Origin: Bispira polyomma | Taxonomy: Eukaryota | Direction: 5' to 3' | NCBI GenBank assembly: GCA_965649765.1 | Contig: OZ287757.1 | Span: 3,038,001 to 3,102,000, forward strand | DNA length: 64,000 nt | Translations under genes and position numbers: made by a program | Shown here: positions 34,701-46,200 of the stretch, piece by piece | Position numbering within the stretch: position 1 is the first letter of the stretch | How the letters are laid out: the number at the start of each line of letters is the position of its first letter | Notes under the pieces: model-generated | What the model saw: only the letters and a program-made list of their open reading frames with translations | The model's database searches: none | Told to the model about the DNA's origin: nothing

Positions 34701-37180
34701 AATTCTTTACCAAGTAATACTTATTTGCATTATATGTTTATGATACATATGTCATAGAATGACTATCACTAGAGAAACATCCACCAGTTGCAAGCCTACC
34801 AAACAGATTCACTAGTTTATTTGGGCTGCAAACTGTCTGACTACAAAATTTAAGTGCCCTTTGACATAATTGTATATCAATTGGCAGATCTGTACATATC
34901 GAGTGCAATAAGTGTTTTTTGATACAAAAGCCCAAAACGATTTGTAATTGTGCATTTGTATATTTTCGGAATTAAATTTGTTTGACATTAACAAAGCTTT
35001 CAATAAATTTGTCATTTCGCAAGAGACAGTTCATTAATTCACAGGGTAGTTGGGATCAAGGTATTTTGCTTTGCAAACCATGGACCTTATCTAACCCAGT
35101 TATAAGTTATGTACAGTTTAGGTGAAAACACTATCATTCGTAGACACTACATTAATCACTACACGAAACATATGAAACACTAAACAAAATTAGTGATGTA
35201 AAATAAAAATTGTAATTTTTCCTAATGGTGTTGTTTTTCTTTTTAACCATTGTTGTAATGTATTTTCTACCTGGCAGGTGCTTTTGTCAAAATTTAGAGG
35301 ACTCATGTCTTTCAGATTTATGTCACAAACTAAGCCCAACGGAGTGAAACGAGTGTTCCCCCAATCTAATTTTAGACTTACTCTTAAATTATATTTTGAG
35401 AATTTTTTTCTACCAATCTGGATTTAGTTTTGGTTGTATTCAACCGACCCAAAAATTTCTAAAGTATTAAGTGCTGCCTGAAGGGATGTCTGTGTTCCAT
35501 TTAGAAAAAGAGTTTTGTCATCAGCAAACTGACTATCTCTCGTGGTGTCTAGGCTTCACAGGTGTCAGTCCTGCCTCACCCTTAAGCATCTGACTTAAAG
35601 TACCAGGCAAATTTTAACAGGTAAACTGCTTATGACATCATAAGATTTCCCCCTGTTGTCAGGGGTTCAAATTGTTTATACTTAATTTCCATTGGCTGAC
35701 AGCCTGGGCTTACCCACTATTTCTTAATAATGCATCAGTTTAAAACTTGAGACTGAACTGCACAGACGTGCTACCAGTTTTATTGGAAATAAATGTTCAT
35801 TTTACAACTGTCTTTTTGTTTTTAGTTTGTTTTTAATCATTGTTTTATGTGAAACTGATCTACTACTGAACGAACTAACTGGAAGGATGGTGTGAATGGA
35901 TATATCAAAACATTGTGCTCAATACAGCTGATCTGACAACCTCATGCTTGACTTGCTCAAAAGGGCAACAGAAAAAGGGATGATCCAAATCATTTATTAA
36001 ATATAATATTGGGTTCATTACTTTCTTTCTGATCAATACTGTTGGTAGCAAGCGTGATATTGTCAAACCAGCTCCAGAGGACTGTGCTTATAATTTCAGT
36101 ATTTCAGTATAACTGGAACTAGTAACAATGCCAAAGCGTAGTAAAAAGCTGTGTCAAAAATGTATGACGAGGCATTATCCACCTACGGGTAAAAAATGTC
36201 AAGTAGAGCAGCAGATGGAGAGTTCATGAGTGGAAGAACCTGTTCAGCAGGAGACCCCTCCCGAAGACACGACCGAAGCAGGGACTTCCTCCAATGAAGA
36301 AGAGGAAAGTATGCAGTGGCAGATCCTAAAAGAACTTCAGAAGGTCAATTCAAGCCTGGTGGAGGAACGAGTGGCGGACACACGGTCAAAGAGAGGCAGA
36401 GGTCAACACAGTGAACGAGACAATGCTTAGCTAAGTAGTGGTTCTTAGAAACAATACAATAAACCAGAAAAATCAGTTCAAGAACTAAATTTCCAGATAG
36501 CGATAATGAAATGCTTTCTCATAAACTGAGTAGTAAAGACAAAAGAACAATCAAAAGTAAAAAAGTCTCAAGTGATAGTAAAACCTCCTCTGATGAGTCT
36601 GTAATACCTTCTATGTCAGTACTGAGAACATCTCAGGATATACAAAGGGAAGTCGATAGCAGATTGAGAGAGTTAGAATGTGAAGGTGCTTGTTCAGGTA
36701 AACATTTGACCTCTAAAATAAAGTTAAAAGGGGGGGAAATGTAGAAGTGATTGTCAAAAATAAGGTGACCTGGCCACATGAGTGTATCCTGGGAGGTAGT
36801 AGTAGGCAGAGAGTTGTTTATGATCAGTTATCTCTCACACAGTGAGTACAAGGGTTTTGTAGAAATATAATGGAAGAGCCTGGTAGCTCAACCAAGGAAA
36901 AAATGGTTCAGTACATGTCAGAATTAATGGAAGACGCAATAGATTTTTCTTGGCAAGGGGCTAAGGCAGCTCATGCAGTTCTGTTGTGCGAGATGGAGAG
37001 AGGTACTGTAACTTGGCAAAACACATCTCGTATTGACAGAATTCGCAGAGCCCATGCGCAAAAACACATCCCAGCTTCAGGAAAATTTAATTGGGGTAGA
37101 AGTACTGAAAACACCAGAAAACCTTGGTTCTGTAAAAATTACCAAAATGGTAGCTGCTCTCACACTAAAGATCATGAAAT

Positions 37181-37214
<34 letters not shown>

Positions 37215-40200
37215 ATGCAAAGACATATTTGTTCAATTTGTTTAGAGAGGGGAAGAGAATTAAACCATCCAGAAAAAGACTGTAACTTTGCAAAAAAGAA
37301 AAATCTGTCAAAAAACGAGCAAGCTGCTCAACTTTAGATCAAGGTGAGGGCAGCAAAAGTATAACTTGTGATCATGGTTGTAATAAAAATTTCAAGGCAA
37401 AATGTACCACCAGCAAAGTGGCTGGTGATGTGCAAGTTAATAAAAGTAAATTTGCAGGTAAATGTATGTCTGAAAACAAGGTAAATATGTTCAGGACGAG
37501 ACTAGTATATAATAGTCGTGTCAATGTGAAGCAAACAGAAGCCATGTTGGCACGTAAGTGTATACAACGTTTTAAGTTCACAAAGGTGACAGAAAAACCA
37601 ATTATGCAAACAAAAGTGTCAACAAACACTTTCTATCCCACAAAACAATTTCCCAAACATTGTGTACAGGAGATTAACCCTCACAAAGAAAGTGGTAATG
37701 GTGGGGACAATCAAGGGATTGAAGCAAGGTCCCACCACATAATTGAAAATGGCGCCAACAAAGAAGTAATTAAAGCCCAAGTGGGGGTGACAGCTAACAA
37801 TAGTGACATGAACACAACTGACACTGGCAGACAAACAAGTGGACATGTTGACGTCAATAAGGTTGAACTCACATCATTTAGCAGAAGTGACACGGCTAAT
37901 AGTCAGACGGGACAGAGCCAATTACTATTTGCCATAAACAAATACCGCTTAGATGACAAATTCATCAATTCTATTGCAAGTAGAGCCAATAGGCGTGACT
38001 TAGGTAATAGAGACTTGACACATGTACTCAGTTTCATGACTTGGCAGAAACAGTCAGAGTTTGACTTTGGCTTTATCCCGTTGTCGGACATAGCTACTGG
38101 GGGGGGGGGGGGGCGCAGAAGGGTGAATGGCCTTATAAAGTGACAGATCCTTTTCACTAGCACTCAGTAATAAAAGGCATGGGGGACTATAACTTTAAAG
38201 GCGCTCGCATACCTGTTGCCTCTCAGCTAAATGTCACAAACTGGAGGAAGTTGTTGAAAAATTATTGGGATCAGCAGTTGGTGGAACTTATCGAGTTTGG
38301 ATTTCCCCTTGATTTTAATAGGCAATGTCCATTAAGGAGGGAAGGTGAAAATCATAAGTCGGCTACCCAATACCCAAAACACATAGAAGTATATCTCAAG
38401 GAAGAGGGTGAATTTGGGACGATTTTGGGTCCATTTGAAAAACATCCAATTGAAGGTGGTTTTCCCCCTTTATGAGCAGAGAAAAATCTAATTCGGTTAA
38501 TAGAAGAGTCATAGTTGACTTGAGTTGGCCGTCTGGGGCCTCAGTGAACGCAGGTGTGGACAAAAGTCAGTCCCTAGGTGTAGAATTCAACTTAACTTTT
38601 CCAACAATCGATCACATAACTGCTGAACTCAACAAACTCGGTAGAGGTGCATTGATATACAAAAGAGATGTAAGTCGTGCGTTCAGACACATAAAAATAG
38701 ACCCCCATGACTATGACGTATTAGGCTTGCATTGGCAGGGTGCATATGTAGACACATGTCTACCATTTGGAAATAGACACGGTAGCCAAATTTTTCAGAG
38801 ATTAAGTGACGCCGTGCATTATATTATGTGTAACCAAGGGTAGAGTGTAGTAAACTACATCAACGATTTTATCGGATACGGTACGCCTTCTGTAGTGCAC
38901 AAATTTTATGACTGCTTAACTGAAACTCTCCAAGACTTAGGTCTAACCATCAGTGCAAAAAAGCTGATTACTCCAGCAACACAGGCGGTTTGTCTGGGAG
39001 TCCTCATAGACACAGTTAAGGCTACAATTTCAATACCTCAAGACAAACTAATCACAATTCAAGACACAGTCACAAAATGGCTCACAAAAGACACCTGTAC
39101 AAAATGTCAATTGCAGTCATTACTTGGACTTTTGTTGTATGTGCATAAATGCGTAAAACCTGCCAGAATATTTCTTAACAGAATGCTAGAGTTACTAAGG
39201 GGTGCACATGCCACAAATAGCATAAAAATAAGCAATGGCTTTCACAGAGACTTGAGATGGATCAATAAGTTTCTCCCACAGTATAATGGTATCTCCATGT
39301 ATGATCATAGGGCAGTAGACTTTGTGTTAGAATTGGATGCATGTCTTACAGGGCTGGGAGGTGTATGGAGAAATTGGGTATATCACCTGCAGATTCCCAG
39401 AGGTTATATGAGCCTCATTATTGTACACCTAGAAATGGTGAATGTTTTGTTAGCAGCTAGATTGTTTCAAAGGGAGTGGGCTGGCAGAAAAGTCTTAATA
39501 AAATGTGACAACCAGGCAGTGGTATGGGCACTAAAATTGGGCAAAGCAAGGGACCCCTTTCTGGCAGCGTGTGCTAGAAATATCTGGTACACGGCTGCAG
39601 TAGCAGACATAGAATTCCAATACTTCCACATTTTGGGAAAACAGCTGAACAGAACAGAACAGCTGATCTGCTATCAAGATGGCAGAATACCACTGAAAAC
39701 TATCAGGAACTTTGTACCTATGTTAAAAAGCCTGCCTGGTTGTCGACCTCAATAGAAATGTTAACACTTGATAGCGAATTGTAATAATTGAATAAAAACA
39801 GTATACTGTACTTTGTTATAGGACACAGGCTCCTTGGGAAGCTGGGTTCACAAGCAAATTCCAGATTTAAGGCGGCATTCAGGCCTAAGACACTGAGCAC
39901 CTACACCTAACAGTTCAGGATATTTGTAGCCTTTTGTGTATACGTCAAAGTACAGTTGCAGCAAGTATCAGTTACATGTGTAATGTCTTTCCTAGAGTTT
40001 TTAATGTTCAACAAAGTTTCTAGTCAAATGATGGCTAATTACATTTCAGCAATCAAAGCTAACTTTAACATTTTGGGGCTCTGTGTCTCCCCCCTCAAAA
40101 AAAAAAAAAAAAAAAGCAAAAAATTAAGTATTACTTGAAAGCCATAAAAATAAATAGACCTTTGTTGGTTACGACTCACAACATCATGGATATATCAGCA

Positions 40201-43200
40201 TTAACCAATATAATAAAGCAGTGTGTGTTAATGAATCTACCCCCTGTGTTTAAAGCAGTATTTTTAACTGCCTTTTTTGGATTTTTACGCATATCAAACA
40301 TCGCTCCTCACACAAATTCTGCATTTGATCCCACCAGACATCTGACACCTGCTGATGTCTTTTACACAGAAGATTCTGTAAAAATTCTCATTAAATGTAC
40401 TAAAACCCTGCAAACTGGGGATAATGTCCATATATTAACTTTACCAAAACTATCCACACCTCTGCTGTGTCCATATATGGCACTTCAAAAGATGTTGAAG
40501 TCGGATAACCCACATAGGCTAAGTCCTTTGTTTCAGTATAAAAGGCAAGTACTAACTGACACAAGGGTACATAAGGTGTTGTCTGCAATAAATATTCATT
40601 TAGGCTTAGCCCCTAATCATTACACATTTCACGCCTTCCGACGTTCAGGTGCTACGTTTGCATATAATGCAAATATCCCTATACAGCAAATTCAGCAGCA
40701 TGGCACCTGGACGTCGGACTGCGTCTGAAGGTATATACATGGTGATGTAAATACAAGTGAAACAGTAGCTAGATCACTACGAAATACAATAGATAAGATG
40801 TTATAAATGCCCTACTAGTTGGGCTTGAGGGTTTTTATTATTGTATAATACTCTGTTTACGTTAAATTTGTCTTTTTAGTTGATGTATCACACATCTATA
40901 GTCATGGTGACTCTTACAGGTCACGAACCTGAAATGTTAAAAACCATAGTATAAAACTTAAGGTCACCTTATAGGGTGACGATTGGAAAAAATCACTTGT
41001 AAAAAAGGTTAATTTAAGGTCACCTTAACAGGATAACTTAAACTAAATTTAAGGTCACCTTAGTGGGACCCAGTAAATGTAATAAACCCTTTGGGTAAGG
41101 TCACCTTAGAGTGCCCGTATAGTAAATGTAAGGTCACCATAGGTTGGTGATCTGTGATAACTTAATGTCTGTATAATCTGTATAATCGTGAGTACCTGTG
41201 AATATATTGTAGTATTAGAGAATATATATATATATATTAATAAATCAGTATCCGCAGAGCATTCTTTCACTTACCTTGTTCTCCTGGTGGGGTGTGGACT
41301 GATTTTAATTTCTGCTTCATGATAGGATATTCCTGTCATATTGCTATCACTATTAAGTAAAAGTCTTAAAATCTATGCTCAAAGGATAAAGCGGTAAGGG
41401 GACAACAGATCTCTTGACGGCATCCTCATCCAACTGAGAAAAATTCAGACAATCGACCACATTGGGTTGTAGCTGCCTTTATTTTAGAACAATTTTACCC
41501 AGTTAATAATACTCTTTCCAAATTTAAAGTACTCCAACACCTTTTTGATAAAGCTCCGACATATACTGTCAAAAGCTTTTTCGAAATCGATCAGCATTAA
41601 TAGTCCTTCAAAATTGTTTGCTTCAGCCAAATTTATAACATCGTAAACAAGCCTTATGCTGCCCCCAATAAATCTACCCTGTATAAACCCATTATGACTT
41701 TCCAAAATTATCCTAGGCAGTAAGAGTTTATCCTATTGGCTATGGCTGCTGAAGTAATTTTGTATACAACTGAAAGCATTGATAGAGGTCTCCAATTTTT
41801 TATATTGATGTGGCTTATCACCTTTAAAAAACAAGTGATAATACAGGTGCATATAGTTTCAGACATAAGGCCTATATATGAACTTAAATCTAAACCAAAA
41901 AAATTTAACAAATTTGGCAGGAAAACCATCTATGTCAGGTGTTTTAATATGTTTCATGTGCTTTAGTGCCTTACTTATCTCGCTTGTTGTAATTTGCCCT
42001 TCCAAATTTTCTTATCCTATTTCTTTTAGGGTTTTAAAATTTAGGTTTGGTACAAATTTTAAGTCACGATTCTCTGTTTGTCTTTCAGCAAAGAGTTTGG
42101 CGTAGAAATCATGTACACATTTAAATATTTCATCCTGATCTGTTGATACTGAGCTGTCATTAATTGATATCTTTTTAATGGTTTTTTCCATGTAATAGAA
42201 TTTTCCTAATTATTGTTATTATTATATTTTTTTCACATGCTTTATTGATGCTAGGCATCTTTTGAAGCGCAACAGCAGAATCATTGGTCCAATCAATAAG
42301 TCCATGGACATTGCAAAGTCGTAAGTGGGAGCGTGTACGAGGAAAACTAAGGTGGGTAGGCAAGATTAAAAAGACAGGTTTTAAACTTTTTCCTAAAACC
42401 GATAAGTGTGTCAACTGATCTGAGGTCGACTGGGAGACTGTTCCATAACCGTGGAGCTGCAGTGGAGAATGCTCTGAATCCCGCCTTTCTGATTGGTCTG
42501 ACCGAAGTGACGGAGAATTACAAAAATATTTGGTCGGCTTTTCACCCTGATTTACCTATTCAGCATTTGATCTGATTAATTGACCTTGGAGCTCCGGGTT
42601 GCGTATTTTTTTTTGTATTATGGATACAACACCTTAAAAAATTGTTTGTAACTGTATAGTGTATAAAATAGCAGATTTGAATAAAATCTATCCTTTTTTA
42701 TATTTGTTTGCAAGTTTTCGTCCCAGGATGCATATTGAAGTGAGTATATGCATCCATTTACTTTAAACTTTTTTTCCTTGTGTTAGGGACAACCTAAACA
42801 AGTTTGTAGCTGGTTCCTTATTTTCGAGAGGAACTCAAACCATATGTTGCTCATAGCAATCCAGATATGTGCCACTTCATTCTGATCTTGCTAAAGATTA
42901 CTATTACAATTATAGGCAAAGTTCATAATTAAATTTAAGTATTTATTATTCATAAGTCAAGTTATAATTAGTTGTACAAATGTTTTTGTACAGGTATGGT
43001 TGCAACCACTTGGTGCGATCATAAGCCCATCTATCTCCTCTCGAGTGCACACATTCCAGAAATGGAAAACCTCCAAATAAATAAAAAAGATGGCAGGGGA
43101 AAAACCGTCATGATCAATATAAGTACATGGGAGGTGTGGACATTAATGACTGCTTTACTGCTTTGGACAAAAGCAGAAAGCAGTACAAGTGGTACTCCAG

Positions 43201-46200
43201 ATTATTCCGGAAATGCATTATGTGGTCCTTGTACAATGCATATGTTATTGAGGGACATTTTATAGATCAACATCCTCAAAAGAAGAGAAGGCTTGATTTT
43301 AGATCATTTGCTATGGATGTGGCACATCAGCTGGTCAATGGATTTTCATCCAGAAAAAAAAGTCTGGTCGACCAAGTCTTACAGAGCACCCCAGAAAGCG
43401 TATTGTGATCAATGACAATGACCATTTTTCTATTGTGGGTGAAGGCACAAACCATAGGTGTGTGATGTGTTCTGAAAAACAGTGTCCAAATCCAGAGGAA
43501 TCTAGTCTAGTCAGTCCAAGACCACGTTCAAGTGTTCCAGCCAGGATGGCCAGCTTTACCTGTGCATTAGGTAAAAATTCTACATGATGGAGAGACTGGC
43601 ATCCAAAGATCAAACATTAGTATTAAATTAGTGGTGTGCATAGCAAGTCCACCCCAGGGGACTGCTAGATCAGTCCAACCTCCTTTTTCTATCACACTAC
43701 CTTAATCCCTAGCGAATGCAATAGCATTATCCAACTTTCTGTCCATCTGGGCCTTGTCCAATCACAGCATTAGCTATTAGTGACCCCTAAGCTAGGATAG
43801 CTATCCTCCATATTGAATTTGTGTTTTCACCTGTGAACAGGATATTTAGAAAATTGAAATTTTAACCACGTATTTACACTGAATTGGTTTTATTTATATT
43901 TTACTTCTTTTTATTAACTGACGTGGTACTGGAACTAGTGATTGTTGTGTGAAATGGGGAAAACAAAAGCAACTCCTGTGTTAAGCAGCAAGAAATGGAC
44001 CACAAAGACAACTTCAACTAGTACAGCCAAGAAAAGGGGTACTGGTCAGGTAACTACTACTAATACTCACGATCAATCAGAAATACATAGAACAGTCATT
44101 GCCGACACTGCGTGTCCTCTTATTGATTCTCAGTTATTGACCAGTTCAAATGGATCATCTAGCCAAGCCGGGCTCTCATCTCAGGCCGTACCCCAGTCAC
44201 AAGTCGAGTCACAAAGCATGTCCGAGGTTCTTTCCATCCTGCATGGTCTGGAGACCTCCAACGCTAACATAACCCGGCGATTGCAACTCGTAGAGGACAA
44301 ACAGACAGTTACACCCGCTAATTCTCCATTACACACCATGAGGGATGGTACGGTGGTCCAACAGAGACACGAGGGTTATTCGTTACCTCTTCCCCCTCCC
44401 AGGTACAACGGGGTCGGGCAGCCGCTGGCTCAACCTATGATGCAACCACCAACAGGTCAGGGTTACAACACAGATGGTGTCCCCAGTCTCGATGCATTAA
44501 GATCTTTTCCAAACGTGCAGGCGGCCGTTACCAGGCAGCTGGCTGACTATGAAGCCTTGGCCCAAAGGGGTCTAGTCCAGGGTAAGCACTCAATCAGGCA
44601 GAAGTCTGGTCGTTATAACTCCACAGATATTACTTTAGCTGATCCCCAACTCAGATGGTCTAACGAAGGTTGGGGTGGGGGATCGACTCGTCGAAGGCCA
44701 GTCTTTGATGACCTCACGTTGCCACAGTGGGCGGCTGGCCAGCTGGCCAACTCGCTACAAGTAAGTGATCCGGCAACAATGAAAGCTATGGTGAACCAAG
44801 TGGTACACGCACTACGGGATGCAGCCACACTTCCGTGGCCTGCTGTCAGGACAGCCTGGGCTGTCAGTATGCATGAGATCGAGGAAGGCAGGCTGTCCTG
44901 GCAGGACAACACTCAGTGGGCACTGAATCGCATCAGTGCCTCCCAGATGGCTATGGTAGGCAACAATGGCAGTAACTTGGCTAACGGGGCTTCTTCAGAT
45001 AGTAAATCCATCTGTAAGCTGTTTAATAATGGCAAGTGTACTCACAAGGCGGATCATGGCAATTATCGTCATGTATGTTGGTATTGTAATAAGACATTAG
45101 GAAAGGACGCATCGCTCCCAGAGTTCAAATGCTTTAAAGCGAATGTAAGTAAACAGCCAGACAAACAACAAGGTAACATCTAGGGCCACGATTCACAACC
45201 AGTTGGACGAACATTAGGTAGTGATAAGGGTAATTCAATGATGAACGGTAACAGTAAATTTGTAAAAGAGTTTAATATAAAGGACAAAAACAGTGAATTA
45301 GGTTATTGCGACAGAAGCATGTCTGAAATTAATACAATTGTGCAATTGCATTTCAAATGGGAGCAGTCACTATGCTAATTCACCAGCTTGGAACAAAGAG
45401 GCACACACGTGTCAGGTATCAGTTACCAATTGGAAAACTTTTTGTGGGGAAATTCAAAATTTGGCCCCAATTGTTTACATTAGGGATAGGGATGGAAAAT
45501 TCTCAGGTTATTTCCACATGTTTTATGACGTGACTGCTGCCAAGTGTGTATATGCTCGTGTTGAATTTCCACCTAGCCAAAACCTTTGAATTATTCAAAC
45601 CTTTCAAACCATAATCCAGGTTCAGGCTGTTTCTTTAAATACTACCAGTAATACTAATGTGGAAACTCATCACCAGGCTGTGATCAAGCAAGCTGCTGAT
45701 ACATTTTATTATTTCGAAAGAGATAATGCCTGTTTCAAGCAGTTGGGTTTTGATTATACTGAATACATGACCAGGTTAGTAGATGCACTTATTAGTGACA
45801 GTGAAGATGAAACACCTGACAATTGCCATAAGTCAGACAATTGTGCAGACTTGTCAAATGTAAGTACACAAAAACCAAGTGAGACTGTAAACAGTCTGAT
45901 TTGTGATAAAATATACATGAACTCGTCGAGCAATGAATTCACTCAAATGGTTGATAGTGTTCGAGCAAACAAGGATTTATACAAAGAAATTAAGGACTTT
46001 AATGACCCCGAGAAAACCATGGGTTTCTTGGCACTTTCCTCAACAGCATTCACATTCATAGGTCCTGACAAACCTGTTAAGAGAATTGAAACAGTAGAAG
46101 ACATGCTGCAAGTGGCTTCTGTTATCAGAGACACTGCACTTCCCAATTATAGACAAGCAAGGGTTCCCCTGGTGTCAGGACTTAATCCAGATGCATGGGA

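Larger units (their letters stand above)
35531..41300 (+). mobile_element. Ngaro/DIRS-order tyrosine-recombinase retrotransposon, family 1, decayed (A-ORFs-B)
   Basis: gag, RT-RNase H, YR gene order. Ends defined by restoring the host LINE codons AAA ATC AGT CAG TTT GCT GAT GAC, with GACT present at both ends. Confidence 0.88.

Noticed and set aside
35530-35571. Identical 34-nt spacing of GGACTG...CAGTCC in both Ngaro families
   Set aside because: Holds only if host bases 35530-35534 are counted as element; restoring the LINE QFADD frame gives GGACT-to-AGTCC spacers of 32 versus 36 nt.
37180-37213. Poly-glycine tract in gag and other long homopolymers (30716, 38099, 40097)
   Set aside because: Simple homopolymer expansion or base-calling noise in decayed sequence.
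44613-44912. Antisense ORFs within the Ngaro genes and most other short ORFs in the track
   Set aside because: Shadows of real coding frames or chance ORFs with alternative starts and no motifs.
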